Of a DNA stretch of 64,000 bases, positions 10,451-24,204 are shown one piece after another (position 1 is the stretch's first letter; each line of letters opens with the position of its first letter). The position numbers and the translations under genes are program-made. The notes beneath the pieces are model-generated. The model was not told the origin of the DNA. It saw only the letters and a program-made list of their open reading frames with translations, and made no database searches. The stretch comes from Squalus acanthias (Eukaryota), in the NCBI GenBank assembly GCA_030390025.1, contig CM059432.1:37760001-37824000 (forward strand), written 5' to 3'.

Positions 10451-13400
10451 ATATCGACTCTGCAAAGTTCTCCTCACCAACATCTGGGAACTGCACAAGT
10501 TTGGGGGGGTGGTTGTTCCACAGACTAGTGAAGAAACAGCCTGACATAATTGTATTCCTATATATCATCCAACATCCCAGACTCCTCCATCACCATCCCA
10601 TGGTATATCCTGCAGTGATTCAAGGAGAAGGCTCACCATCACCTTCTCAGGGTGACTAAGGATAAGCAATAAAAATGTGACTTTCCAAAAATCACTGAAA
10701 CAAATGCTAAGAGTCTCCAAACCAAGCTACTTGGGAGTCAACACAGGTACAGTTTCCATTTGTCTGCTATGGAATGCACAGACTTTCCCCGAAGGGTCAT
10801 ACTTCACTTACCTTAAAGAACAGAGGTAGAAGTTGGCAAGAACCAAGGCTCGAGGGTCCCCAAGTCTGTGTACAGGTACTGCTGGAGGCTAACTCGCTAA
10901 AACCGTGCTGCTTACCAGCACAATAAGCTTCCCACGGCTTGTTCTCAAAAACCATCCCACGCATTAGGCCATTGGCTTTCAGGGTTCGCTGGAGCCAAGT
11001 GGGAAGAGTCCCCATGTCCAGTGATAGGCCTACTCTTCGGGTCCCAAACATTAAACCTGAATGGTTGGTCAGTCATCAACAGTGCCCAGGAGTACTGTGA
11101 ATCTACCAGGATGTGGTATCAGATTATTGAGTCTGCTATAGAGGATTGACTGAGCACTAGGGGGCAATTATAATTTAACCCGCCCAGCGGGAAACTGCCG
11201 GGATCGGATTGGACATCTGTTTTACACCCCGCCCGATTTAACTTTCCTTTGAAGTCAATCTCCCCCACCCCCACATTCTCAATTGTCAGCCTCTGTTAAC
11301 TGTTCCTGGCCAGGGGTGAGGGGGTGATACGTGGGGTTTCTTTCTCCAACTTGACCTTAAGGAAACTCCACTCCCCCCCCACCCAATCAAAGAAGATTTG
11401 GTAAAAATTCCACTGTTTGCTGCAACCAGAAAATCACAGCTTGGGAGTGCACAATGTCTCAAATTTACCCCATAGTCACTAGTTGGTCAATAGATACTGA
11501 TGAGCACCAACTTGAGCCTTAAGTACCTGTTGAAGGAGATTTGGGAATTCTCTATCAGCTGTATTCTCCACCAGGGCTCTGCTCCATTAAGGCAGAAAAT
11601 GGGAGTTATTTTGTTTTGTATGTATTTATTCTGTATTTTATTTTTAAAAAGAAGCACGTGTGGTTTTGTGCCAGCACCGGGGATGTGATACCTCAGTGTA
11701 AGGCCTTACGCAATTCATCATTATTTTTCTTTCAATTGTCTGTTGGAGTACTTTCATCTTCCCACAGCAGCTAGTCAATCTGCATATCACAGTGTATCTG
11801 ACAGTGACAATAGCTTTCCAATGATTTGTTTACATTTTATATCCTCATTAATGCCGTTGGCAAAACAGTGAGAATCCTGTAGGAACATAATACTAAGCAG
11901 GAACATTTTGAGTGAATAACCAGCACAGGAGGAATTCAGCTTCACTCCCCAGAGTCTGAAGTACAGCCCGGGCAGCATCATTCCTTTTAAAATTGTCAAT
12001 TCTTGCACATATTTGCGATGGCATCGAGTGAGCTTTTGATTGTGCTGTGCCGCACCTGAGATGGCTCCAGGCACCGACATACTTCTCATCTGGGTGAGCA
12101 AAAATTCCCCTACCCCCTCCAACTGAAAAGGGCGACAGCAGTTCTTAAAAATATCCATTTGATTTATTGAGTGAATGTGTGCAGTGACTCGTACAGTTAT
12201 TTTACAGGAGTGATTTCCCCATTGTGCTGCAACTCAAAAATCCTGCTTCCTACTCATCTTAGGGCGCGATGGGAGTGAAATTCATCGTGTGTGTGTGGGG
12301 GAGAGGGGGTGGGTAGCACAAAATGGCGGGTAGCACAAAATGGCCGATAGCATACTGGCAGCCCATTTTATACCCTGCCCAATTTTCTTTTCCATTGTGT
12401 GTAAAGCGGGTTGCCGGTGCACTATCGCCTGTTTTGTGCTACCGCCCTAGACAGATTTCACCCCCAGTGTGTGTTCTGCAGCATACTGATCTTTCCTTGC
12501 GTGTTAAGACTTTCCTTGTTAAAATTGCCCATAAAGAGACTTCATGTGAATATGTTGGCCACTGCAATACGAGAGGAAATTAAACGCCTTGATGGGAAAC
12601 TAAATTTGCTGATTTGAAATGCAGATGGCACCAACCTGCAATAAAAAAATTACTGACGTTGTGTGATTGATTCTTGCGATGCCACTTTCCTGACCAGATG
12701 GTCACGAATCAGAATCCCACGCTTTTCTTTTCTCTGCCAAATTTATGATGAGTCAGACTGCCTTGGTTAAGTCCTAAAATTGCTGGTACCAGAGCATGCC
12801 AACTGGATCCGTTCGACACATGTTGTTACGTGCCAGCATTATCTCTAGTCTGCACTCACATTGAGATTGTTTTTAAAAAAATTAAAGTAGCAGGACTTAA
12901 AGATGTCCAAACTGCCCAGTCCCAGTGGACACTGGGGGTAATTTTGACTTAGTGTAAAATGGGCGGCTGAATCGATATGGCTGATTTTGCACTTTCACCC
13001 AAAGTTCAAATGACCCCGCCCCCACTGAGGTGCTTCTCATATTGATGTTCCTTTTCCAGAGTTGTCAACTTTGGCCAAATCCGAGGTGTTGAATTTTCAT
13101 GTGCTGTGGGTCAGTTGTGCACCTCAGGCATCACCTACTGCCACAATGCATAAATAATGGTTACAAGTAGCGAGCTGCATCTGTCCAAAATGCTGTGTCC
13201 TTTCAGAAATTTACAACCACAATTTTATGCTTCTAATAACTCTTCCTAATCAGAAGACGAGAATGCTTTTATTAATGGTGCGTCTCTATTCTCTTATCCT
13301 CTCCTTTTCAGATCTGTAGTCATACTTACAGGTTGCTTTTTCATTGCTGATCTGTGGAAACACTCCGTGAATTCTCTCCGGGTTCTCCTGATTGGTCACT

Positions 13401-14169
13401 GTACTCGTGACAGAAATTTCATTTACACGATTTATCCGGGGCTTTTGTCGACATTCCTCCGAAGTAATAATGGCTGATGGGAAGAACCCCGGGGGGGGTG
13501 GGGATGTCCCAGTGACTGACTTAATCAGTAGAGTTCATTCAGCTCTTTTACCCATAATCTTTGCAGTTGACTTTTTGTTGTTGCTGTTATCCTGTCACTA
13601 AGAGAAAGGACTCCTTCATTATTCTTGCTCAGCTGGGGGCCGCATCCTCTCTCGCGCACCCAATTACTTCAGCGTGTAATGTGAAAGGGCATCAAAATAA
13701 AACATTTAGGAAAATGTAGTTAGCGGTGGGAAGCAGCACTACATATCAAAATATGAATTGGTTTTCTGTGTCCTGACTGCAGCAATCCATGAGCCTGAAA
13801 AATAATGCAGTGTAAAATTGCTGCACTTAAGTATTTGTTACAGACTTGTAAGTGCTGGCTACTGTTAGCACTCATCCTATTACTGCTCTTCATGCTACCA
13901 GGTAGGTAGCAGGCTTATTATCTCTATAATATCATGATTACTGATCTTTACAATACCAGGATAGCTGTTGTTCACACTACCAGCGCTACTGTTCACCATA
14001 ATGCCAGGATTGCTGCTCTTCAGATTGCAAGGGTTGTTGTGTTACCAGGATTATCGTAACTGCTCCAATGTTTACTTCCACTTTAGCAAAATTATGATCT
14101 ATAAGCAGAATTAAATATTCCCACTGCACAAAACAGCCCGTGTTACATCGAGTTACATTAAGTCTCCAG

Positions 14170-14480
14170 CACAGAAACAGGGCATTCGGTGCACTGTGCC
14201 AGAAACAAGGGCTATCTGCTCTGCACCTGTCTGATGACTCCCCTCCGCAACCCCACCACTCGTGGCAAGCAATCATAATGACAGCCGTGCTGCCACGTGG
14301 AACGTCATCGAGCAGACCGTTGGGGTGCTCAAGCAACGGTTCCGCCGCCTTGACGGCTCGGGAGGAGCCCTCCAGTACTCACCGGAGCGGCTGTCCCAAT
14401 TTGTGCTGGGCTGCTGCATCTTCCACAACTTGGCCAACATGAGGGCGCAGCCCTTCGCACCACGGGTTCCGTGACCACCT
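14170..14480 (+). pseudogene. PIF/Harbinger DDE transposase C-terminal remnant
   Basis: HNDSRAATWNVIEQTVGVLKQRFRRLDGSGGALQYSPERLSQFVLGCCIFHNLA resembles the HARBI1-type C-terminus (IERxxGxLKxRFRxL..GGxLQYSP..CxxLHN). Confidence 0.88.
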
Positions 14481-14789
14481 CAGGAGGAGGAGGAAGGGAG
14501 AAGGCAGCCTGCAAATCCCCGTTCCAGACGGGCTGTCCATCAGCGCATTATCAGACTTCGGTTCCCCTGAATGAAACCCCAGACTCCCGTTGCTCAACAC
14601 TTCCCCACCTTACCATCTCTCTGCCACAGGACATCACAGCGTCCTCTTGGCCACAATGCTGAAATGAAAGCCAGCACAAAACATACATTCCAAATGATTA
14701 ATTCCAAAACTACATAACAAAATCAACTAATCACCCTTGTGCATTCCCTTAGTGTCTGTCCTTCATGTGCCTTTTCCTATCCTAGTGCT

Positions 14790-16690
14790 CCTATGAAGTG
14801 CTACCCCAGTGGCTGCAGCATGGCTGGTGGAAGGCTGCTGACTTTCCGTGGGGAAGACTGCAGATGGCCTTGCAGCACGATGTCAAGCAGCTCTGGGCCT
14901 TGAAGGCCCGGCTGTAGACAGCACCACCTCGGCATAGGCTGGCTGACAGGCTACAGCAAGGGCACTGGTGGAGTGGCAGTGGTGGAAGTACGAATGCTGT
15001 CATCCTGAGAGAGAACAGCAGGTTCGAGCTCCACAGAGCCACTGCCACTCCCCCGGGGCGACACCTCAGCAATCCTAGTAATCTGTTAGAGGACAGATTG
15101 TTGGACTGTTGTGAGACCCTGCAAGCCCCTATCCACACTTGTAAACGCAGCCACGATGGCAGTAGTCTGAGCTTGCGTGGCAGCAAACTGAGCCTGCATG
15201 AGAGCACTCTGAGCTTCCACTGCAGCTCTCAGACGTTGGGTTGCTTCCACTTGGGCTGCAATAGAAGCTGCGACATCGTCCATCAGACCCTGCATCATGG
15301 TTGGGTCCACAAGTACTCTAATGGAGTTGCCCATCACTTCCATTCTGGAAATCATGGGCTCCAAGCTCTGTGCAAAGCCCTGTGCAAGGTTAGAGCCGGA
15401 TTCGTCCATGCTCCTTGCCAGTGACAGCAGGCTCTCTGGGAGGCCTGTCAATGCACCAAGCATTTCTGTGTGCATGGCCATCACCCTTCTTCAGAAGGCT
15501 GCCCTATCGAAGTCCTCATCTGACTCCTCTGCAGCAGAACTCGTGTGTGACCTCGCCCTCCGGGGAGCTGGCACCTGCGCTACCCTTTCCCCACTCCTGC
15601 CCGGTGACTCACCACGTGCAGTTCCCACCTCTATACGACACTCTAAAGTTCACACAGTGGCATTTTCTGAGCTGGTGCCTGGGAGTGTCAGATCGAGTGA
15701 CACTCTCCTCCTCTTGATCTTGCACAGGCTGGGCTGGTTGGAGTTCTTGGGTATCTGAAAGGAGAAAGGCACAAGGGTAGGGTTGTGTTGAGGGGAGGGG
15801 GGGGAAGCAAGATATGCATGCTTACACCATCAGCAGCTTGTAAGTGAGAAGAGATTGTGGGATATGGGGAAATGGGATGTGAGAAGGAGGATTAGGTATG
15901 AACATACTGTCATCATCAATGCTTTCTGCCTTGACGATCGCCATAGCCTTAGTGATGGCCCCTCCAAAGTTATCCAGAACTGTCTCCTGCAGCTGGGTCA
16001 GGTTCTGCAGCCGTGCCTGCTCCCGCCTTTTAGCTGCTGGTCTGCAAGAGAGAGGGAAGTGTGTCAGTGAGTGTGGCGTAATGTGTTTGGGTGATGTGCC
16101 TGTCATGGTTGAATAGCTGGCATTGGACTTTTGGACTCTAAGGGAATCAAGGGATATGGGGATCGGGCAGGAAAGTGGAGGTGAGGTCGAAGATCAGCCA
16201 TGATCTTATTGAATGGTGGAGCAGGCTCCAGGGGCAGTATGGCCCACTCCTGCTCTGAATTCTTACATTCTTATTGTATGATCGGTGTGAGATGTGGGTG
16301 AGGGGGAGGTGAAGCAATAATTATGAGTAATGAGTCGTAATTGATAGAAATTGTTGGTAGGTGAGTGATGGGGGGTGTGGTGCATTGAGCAGTGTGTGAG
16401 GCTACTGGTGCAGTTGGTGGGATATGGCATTTGAAGATGCATTCACTGAATTCGACCACACATGTGAGGTCATTAAACTTCTTTCAGCACTGGATCCAGG
16501 TCCTGGGGGAAAGACTGGTGGTACTGATCACTTCAGCAATCTGCTCTCACTGCCTTCATACAGTCTGTCTGAGGGCCTCCTGGCCACCAGCAGGTAGAGG
16601 ACCTGTCTCCACCTTTCGACCCCCTGCACTAAGGCCACCAGTGCTGCGTCCGAGAACCGAGGTGTCCTTTCTCTACCCTGTTGCGCCGTT
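14790..16690 (-). pseudogene. Harbinger second gene (Myb/SANT-like, NAIF1-type), decayed
   Basis: Minus strand from ~16690 reads AQQGRERTPRFSDAALVALVQGVERWRQVLY..RTWIQC*KKFNDL. Coiled-coil-like remnant at 15086-15484. Convergent with the transposase. Interrupted by a CR1 tail at ~16125-16270. Confidence 0.78.
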
Positions 16691-17124
16691 GGTACCTTCC
16701 CCTTTCCTTAGTTACACCAAGAATGAGGATACTTCTTTCAGAAAGCACCTCCCCTGTAAGAAGTGCAGACAGCATTTCACGCTGCAGGCTAGCTTTAAAT
16801 AGAGATCACACTTCCCACGAAAATGGGCCCCCTGCTGAGCGCTGAGCCAACCAGCAGCGCGTTCAGCACTGGGCTCAGTGCTTCAATCATGTTCCTTATT
16901 TCAGCATTGTAGCCAAGAGGACACTGTTATGGTCAGTAACAGAGGAAAGGTAAGGTGTGGGAGAAATATTGAAAGGGGAATTGGGGTTGTGTTCACTGGT
17001 ACCACAGGTGGATGATTCCATCCCTGATACCCCGGCCAGAAAGGGGCTGTCTGGGTTGCATCCTTCCTTCCACTTCCTCCTCTTCTACTTCTTCCTCTTT
17101 TGCGTCTTCCTCTTCCCTCTGCAA

Positions 17125-17260
17125 GCGGATGCTGGAGATCTGAAATAAAAGCAGAAAATGCTGGAAATACTCACCAAGTCAGGCAGCATCTCGACCTGAG
17201 ATGTGAACTCTGTTTTTCATTCCACGGATGCTGCTGAGTATTTCCAGCATTTCCTGTCTT
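17125..17260. mobile_element. Older, degenerate hairpin Penelope-type insertion
   Basis: gcggatgctggagatctgaaataaaagcagaaaatgctgg.. followed by the inverted ..ctgagtatttccagcattt. Confidence 0.65.
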
Positions 17261-17724
17261 CTCAGAGGCCTTCCTTTACCATCCGAAGCCTTGCAAGCAT
17301 CCAGCAGCGCTCCCTGCACACTTTAAAAACTTTTAACATCTATTGCACTAAGCCACTACTTCAATAAAATATAAAAAACAGTTCAAAAGCTTAAATCCAA
17401 ACTTCCCTGAAAGATGTGTGTGTCCCTTTAAGAAGCGCTGCCAGCATCTCTGCAGGGCTGCATCATACACACTTTTCTGAGCATGCTTAGGACCCGGCAG
17501 TAAACTCAGTGAAATGGCTGAAGTTTGCAGACATGGTATCAAGTCGGCGTGACGTCAAGCTCTGCTGATTTGCATTTCTGAGGTCAGCGTTGCCAAAGGC
17601 GCGTTTTGGCCCTTACCAAAATGGCAGCCACCAAGTCCTGTGCAGACGGAAATGAGGCAGCCTCCATTTTTTTCTCTGAAACGGGCCTTAATGGCCAACA
17701 ATAAAAGTGCGAATTTCTACGCCA

Positions 17725-19120
17725 TAGAAACTGAAAACATAATAGTCAGCATGGATTCCAAAAGGGAAGGTCATGCTTGACCAACCTTATTGAATTCTTT
17801 GAAGAAGTAACAGATAGGGTAGATAAGGGTAATGCAGTAAATATAATATATTTGGATTTCCAAAAATCCTTTGATAAGGTGCCACATAGTAGACTCATGA
17901 CTAAGGTCAGAACATGTGGAGTCTGGGGACAAGTAGCTGAATGGATAGCAAGCTGACTACAAACAAAGAGTACGGGTTAAAGGTAGTTACCCGGATTGGC
18001 AAATGGTGGGAAGTGGTGTTCCACAAGGATCGATGCTGGGATCATTGTTTTTCACCATTTACATAAACGATTTGGACTCGGGGAATTTTTTTTTAATTTG
18101 TTCATGGGATGTGGGCGTCGCTGGTAAGGCCAGCATTTATTGTCCATCCCTAATTGCCCTTGAGAAGGTGGTGGTGAGCTGCCTTCTTGAACCGCTGCAG
18201 TCCGTGTGGTGAAGGTACTCCCACAGTGCTGTTAGGGAGGGAGTTCCAGGATTTTGACTTAGCTGTACAATTTCAAAATTTGCGGTTGACACAATACAGA
18301 AGACATTGATAAACTGAATAGGCATGCAATTAGCAAATGAACTTCAATAAAGATAAAAGCGAGGTGATTCATTTTGGTAGGAAGAATAAGGAGGCCACAT
18401 ACTCCTGGGAAAATAAGTGTCTAAATGGGATAGAGGAACAGAGGGACCTGGGGGTACAGATACACAAATCACTCAAACTAGTGACGCTGGTTAATAAGGC
18501 CATAAACAAAGCACTGGGGTTCATTTCTAGAGGGATAGAATTGAAAAGCAGAGAAGTTATGTTAAACTTGTATAGAACCTTAGTAGACCACACTTGGAGT
18601 ACTGTGAACAGTTCTGGTTTCTGTATTATAAAAAGAATATAGAGGCATGGGAGAAGGTGCAAAAAAGATTTGGTAGAATGATACCAGAACTGAGAGGTTA
18701 TAGGTATCAGGAAAGATTGAACACACTGGAGGCCCTTTTCTCTAGAAAAGAGTAGACTGAGGGGCGACCTGATAGAGGTTTGCAAGATTATGAAAGGGTT
18801 TGATAGGGTAGACGTAGAGAAGATGTTTCCACACGGGTGAGACCACAACTAGGGGCCATAAGTATAAGATAGTCACTGATAAATGCAATAGGGAATTCAG
18901 GAGAATCTTCTTTACCCAGAGAGTGGTGAGAATCTGGAACTCGCTACCACAGGGAGTAGTTGAGGCGAATAGCATAGATGCATTCAAGGGGAAGCTAGAT
19001 AAGTACATGACGGAGAAAGGAATAGAAGGATATATAGAGGGGTGGGAGGAGGCTGGTGTGGGGCATAAACACCGGAATGGCCCTGTTGGGCTGAACGGCC
19101 TGTTTCTGTGCTGTTAATAC
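17725..19120 (+). mobile_element. CR1 LINE RT 3' part with a nested minus-strand LINE/SINE tail (~18085-18260)
   Basis: [36 protein letters not shown] and QRVVRIWNSLP motifs. Confidence 0.88.
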
Positions 19121-21168
19121 TTTGTAAGAGCTCGATCAGGTCACCCCTCATAGATGGGGCCTTCTCTGTTCTGCTCTAAACTGGGAAGCCAGGGGCTCCA
19201 TTATCTTCTGATCTCTAAGGGGCTGAAATTGCACTCCTGGTGCTGTGAGGTTGCTGTACCACTCTGCTGATGGAAGCTGCCCCAGTGCAGTTGTCCACTG
19301 CCGGATCTGAAATTTGCGCTGCTGAATAATTACGTATCGCCGTCTGCACAACCTTGCCCTTCAGTAACATTTTCTGCTCTTTAAGTTACGGAAAGCTGTG
19401 CCCTTCCGAGTTCTTCTTTCCATAGAAAATATCACAAAATGTCAAGGAAATGAAATCTTCACTGAGTACTCATTACTTTGGCTCGTGCACATGTCCAAAA
19501 GCTCAGTTAGCAGGTGATGTTCAAAGCAGCCCGTCCGCTTAGCAACAGCCTCAGCTGTTCCAGACTGCCAGACATTGGCCAGATGTCTCAGGTGGTTAAA
19601 GTAAGGAAATTACTCAAAGGTCCTGTGTTGTCAATATTACAAACATAAATCAGGGATGTGAAAAAGCCATTTGGACTATCAAAGCTCATCGCTCTAACTC
19701 TTTCACCTCAGCATCAGTTTATATATCTCTAATACTTTTGACTCTACGACCCCGGCCAGCAGGTTATTCCAAACATTTATCACTATGTGAAGAAGAATAT
19801 TTGTTTTCAATTTATTTTTTCAAGCAGTTAAATTTATGCCCCATGCTTTTACTTTCCTAGGTTAGTTTGACGTTTTTGCTTTCTGATTTACAGAATAGAA
19901 GAAATGAATAAAAATCTGGTGTGGTGACAGCATACAGCACCATTCCATCGTCCAGTGTACACCCCACCAGACACACTGCCCCTCAGGGACCATTTACAGT
20001 TCAGTAGCCACAGTAAGGAAACATGGAGCGGGGAGAAGTGTCTTTGGAAAATAGATGAATTTTTCCAAACTCCCCACTGCCACGTATATCATTATTTCGT
20101 GGATGATTGCCAGACTGGTACAGAGCTGCTGGCCATACACCCATACTTGTGCTGCTGCAGGTGGAAATAGCCTGTGCTGTGCAGGTGGCATTATGCATTG
20201 CTGTTGGGAATAGCCTGGGCTGCTTGACACATCACGCAAATTCCCCAAACAGCTGTCAGAAGGACACAGGTTACATGTGAGTTGGAACCCTCCTACCTGG
20301 AGAAAGGAGATGGAGAGTAGCAGAGTAGCATTAACTCACTGAGGGCCAGAGCAGCTTCTGTGCAAGAATGTAGTACTTTTTTGATTTTCAGTTTTACTTA
20401 CAGAATAGTGTGCACAATACAGCACCTTTAATGTAGTAAAATCGTCCCAAGGCGCTTCACATGAGTGTTACCAAACAAGATTTGACACCAAACCACATAA
20501 TAAGATATTAGGACAGGTGACCAAAAGCTTGGTCAAAGAGGTAAGTTTTGAGGAACACTCTGATTTTTGATTGTTCCTTTACTTCTAGTTTACTGTTTTT
20601 TAATATCAGTTTTGTTGCTTGGATGTGATGTAAACTATAGGCAGGTTTTCAAAGTTATTTGTAAAGTGAGGTTCACTATGAGAAGTTGTGGAGGAACTCG
20701 TGGCCTGTTCACTTGCTTTTACTCCAGCGCAGATTTTTTAAAATGTAATTATTTTCTTGGATTCATCAGAGTTTACACATCTTTACATGGTACTTCCAAA
20801 TACAAGCATTGGCAACACTCCCTATTTACTTGAGGGTTTAGCAAATTGTAGACCTCTTTTTGCTCATGATTCACTCAAGAAATTTAAATATGTTACAAAA
20901 AAAAGTTAAAATTTCCTACTTGAAGCATGAACATTTAAAAAATCTAATGTAGATTGCAGCAGTTCAAAATAAATTGCAAGTACAACCAATGCTAAGACAC
21001 ACAATGAAAATCTTACATACTGTAGTTCTGTACACTTTAGTAATACCCTACCTGATCAACCGAGCATGGGTTTACCCAGAAACAAAGTGAACCCTCTAAC
21101 TCAGAAAATAGGTGTGCTGAATGCGCATGCAGTTTAAGAGTTATTGATGGCATTTTTGCTTTCCACAG

Positions 21169-21376
21169 TCTGAAACGCGAGATGAGGAAGCTGGCTCAGG
21201 AGGAGTGTGGCCTGGAAGAGCCCACCGTTGCCATGTCCTTTGTCTACTTTGAGAAGCTGGCCCTCAAAGGCAAACTGAATAAGCAAAATCGAAAACTGTG
21301 TGCCGGTGCTTGTGTTTTACTAGCAGCCAAAGTAGGCAGTGACCTACGAAAGCATGAAGTCAAGCATCTGATAGAT
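21169..21376 (+). CDS. CABLES1: CABLES1 penultimate coding exon (cyclin-like box)
   Basis: ttccacag acceptor and GAT|gtaagt donor. Translates (S)LKREMRKLAQEECGLEEPTVAMSFVYFEKLALKGKLNKQNRKLCAGACVLLAAKVGSDLRKHEVKHLID. Confidence 0.96.
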
Positions 21377-21483
21377 GTAAGTACATCAAAACAGACAGAA
21401 AGGCTTTCTCTCAATGCTGAGATTGAACACTGCAATACCTATCCACCAATACTATATTTGAAAAGTGCTGCTGTATTGACAGC

Positions 21484-21610
21484 GTACACTGATGATTGTA
21501 TCGGAGCTGTTTCCTGCTCTCGCCCTGAACTAGAAAATGTCATTCATTTTGCTTCCAATTTCCACCCTTCCCTCACCTTCACATGGTCCATCTCCGACTC
21601 TTCCCTTCCT
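21484..21610 (+). mobile_element. Penelope-like RT fragment
   Basis: YTDDCIGAVSCSRPELENVIHFASNFHPSLTFTWSISDSSLP: YxDD plus the PLE-typical NFHPSLxFT motif. Confidence 0.8.
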
Positions 21611-21619
21611 CCACTTCAG

Positions 21620-22035
21620 CTGCGGGACTTTAATTACATGGAGAGACTGGAGAAGCTGGGGTTGTTCTCCTTCGAGCAGAGAAGGTTAAGGGGAGATTTA
21701 ATAGGGGTGTTCAAAATCATGAAGGGTTTTGATAGAGTAGATAGAGTAGATAGAGAGAAACTGTTTCCAGTGGCAGAAGAGTCAGTAACCAGAGGACAGA
21801 GATTTAAGGTAATTGGCAAACGAACCAGAGAAGAGATGATGAGAAATTGTTACGATCTGGAATGCGCTGCCTGAAAGGGTGGCGGAAGCAGATTCAGTAA
21901 TAATTTTCAAAAAGGAATTGGATAAATACCTAAGGGGAAAGGGCAGGGGAATGGGATTAATTGGATAGCTCTTGGAAAGAGCTGGCACTGACACGATGGG
22001 CCGAATGGTCTCCTCCTGTGCTGTATCATTCTACG
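21620..22035 (+). mobile_element. CR1 LINE 3' fragment
   Basis: YMERLEKLGLFSFEQRRLRGDLIGVFKIMKG motif. Confidence 0.85.
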
Positions 22036-22691
22036 ATAAGGGTTTCGACAGCAGTGAGAAGAGGTAGAGGCACATGATGTTACAGAGGTGAAAGAAAGCA
22101 GTCGTGCTGACAGATGTGGCAGAGGAAGCCGAGCTTGGGGTTGAGTGGTACACTTCTAGACTCTGAGATGTTAGCCAGAAAGGTTAATGGAGTACCTAGG
22201 TGTCTGTAAAAGAGGATGAGAGAATGACTTAACATTTGCCAACATTTAGCAGGAGGAAGTAACAGCTCCTCCAGGTCTTAATATCAGACAAGCAGTTGGA
22301 GGTACCATATAAATGATGAGGAAGAGACCAAGGATGGAGCCTTGGAATTCACATTTTTCAAATAATTAATCATTGCATATCTGAGTAGGACACTGCCGTG
22401 TTAGACATGGGATAAATGGGTACTCTAGTGCTTCAGTGGATAAATGTACTGTGTGGTATACTAAGCCACAGAGGGAAGGAAGGCCCCAGCTCTACTGAGA
22501 TGTCCCTCATGATCAAGTAACCTGCTATGATTTCGACATGAACATTGGATAAAGTAGTGAATGGCTGCCAGTATCCATGAAACTGTACCTCAGCATGATT
22601 TTCTGAAAAAGAGAAAAACACATTGTATAATTATATTGACTGTATAACATTGATGTAATGTAACACCTGTTTTTCTCTTTTCTCTCTCAAG

Positions 22692-22832
22692 AAACTGGAA
22701 GAGAAATTCAGACTTAACAGACGTGAACTGATAGCATTCGAGTTTCCAGTGTTAGTGGCCTTGGAATTTGCTCTTCACCTTTCTGAACACGAGGTGCTGC
22801 CACACTACAGAAGACTTACCCAGCATTCTTAG
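22692..22832 (+). CDS. CABLES1: CABLES1 last coding exon with stop
   Basis: Pyrimidine tract plus aag acceptor. Translates [46 protein letters not shown], close to the recalled human CABLES1 C-terminus. TMEM241 as neighbour favours CABLES1 over CABLES2. Confidence 0.94.
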   Translation, partial: KLEEKFRLNRRELIAFEFPVLVALEFALHLSEHEVLPHYRRLTQHS

Positions 22833-24190
22833 CCCAGGCTATGTATTAGCCAAGGAGGCCCGGGTTCTTGTGATCAGTATGTCCCGTTTACCACCCCCAC
22901 CCCCCATGGATCTCCAAGTGCTGCTGGAAGTAAACGAAATATGAAGAACTTTAAAGATTGGAAGAGCTTTCTGTAACATATGCGTGTACTGATGAGCCAC
23001 TGCATAAAACAAACAGATCTATTTTTATATATCCGCTGATGGAACTGCACTTTCGTGGCCCGAAGATGTAGCGTTGATGTTTTTCAGTCTATATTTCTGA
23101 ACACGATGTCTATTTATTTGACATCAACTATCAGTACTGAACAACGGTTAGATTGTGTTTTAATATTAAGCTGAAGAGTTTTGAAGGAACCGTTTCTGTT
23201 TGTCCTGTAATGAATTATATGATTGTTTCTTAAGGAATTTACTTCTAAACACTGATAACTTTTTCTAGTATTACCAAACACAGTAGAGTGAGAAGGGACT
23301 CATTATCTTTATACATTTATGTGTATGAAGCTGTTTCTTTTTCTTGCTCACATTACAATTTTACAAGTGTCTCTGTTGTGGAGCACTACTGAATGACGGA
23401 GATGAGTAAAACTGCACTCTTTAGTTTCATAAACATGCTCTATGTTAGAGTTCATACTGAGCACGTTTGTAGTGCTGTGTTGAGGTTTTAGTCTTTTAAA
23501 GATAACTTTTTGTTGAACCATTGATGTAAAACCGGTGTAAATCTGATTGCTGGATTTTCTTTTCCTTATCTGGCATTACTTTTCCTATATTTAATGTATC
23601 TTTTGATAATGCTTGACTGGTGAGATATTTGAATGATGAGCTTTGCACTGTTAGCTGATGAAAACAAGCCATATTTATCAGAACAAACAAGCACAAACGT
23701 AGGCCAGTACCTGTTATGCATTCTGTGATTTCTGCTGGTGTTTTAGAGCAAAGGCAGTATATTGTTCCGAAGAATACAAACTGGTTTAACAAAGTACAGA
23801 CCTACCAAACAGAAATGCTGAATGTACAAACACAATTAACCTGATTTCCCCAATGATAATTCAGATTTCTCATTTTCAAATAAATTCTATTCAAAAGTGA
23901 ATTCCAGTTTCTTCTCATCAGATAGTGGTTCATACACATTTTTTGTGTTAAAGATCACATGCTGTACACTTTACACTGTCTCTTTGAAAACTGATTTATT
24001 GAGTAAAACAAGTTGTTTCAAACTTTTATTTTGTAATTCTGGTCCATATAACACATCTGCACCCATCTAGACTTTTTTGTATAAATAAAAATGCTGATAA
24101 AATGTTATATGCAAATTGAGGTGATGCTGTTTTGAAAATTCTATTACAACATAAGACCAATAAAAGCTGTCTGTCCTGCCAGAGTTGTAT
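22833..24190 (+). other. CABLES1: CABLES1 3' UTR with poly(A) signals
   Basis: AT-rich sequence with no recognisable repeat after the stop. AATAAA at ~24083-24088 and 24159-24164; transposon sequence starts just beyond. Exact end is inferred. Confidence 0.65.
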
Positions 24191-24204
24191 TTAAAGAATA
24201 TTTC

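Noticed and set aside
14262..14474. Host HARBI1 gene
   Set aside because: Truncated, catalytic region incomplete, intronic and paired with a decayed Myb partner, so a transposon fossil.
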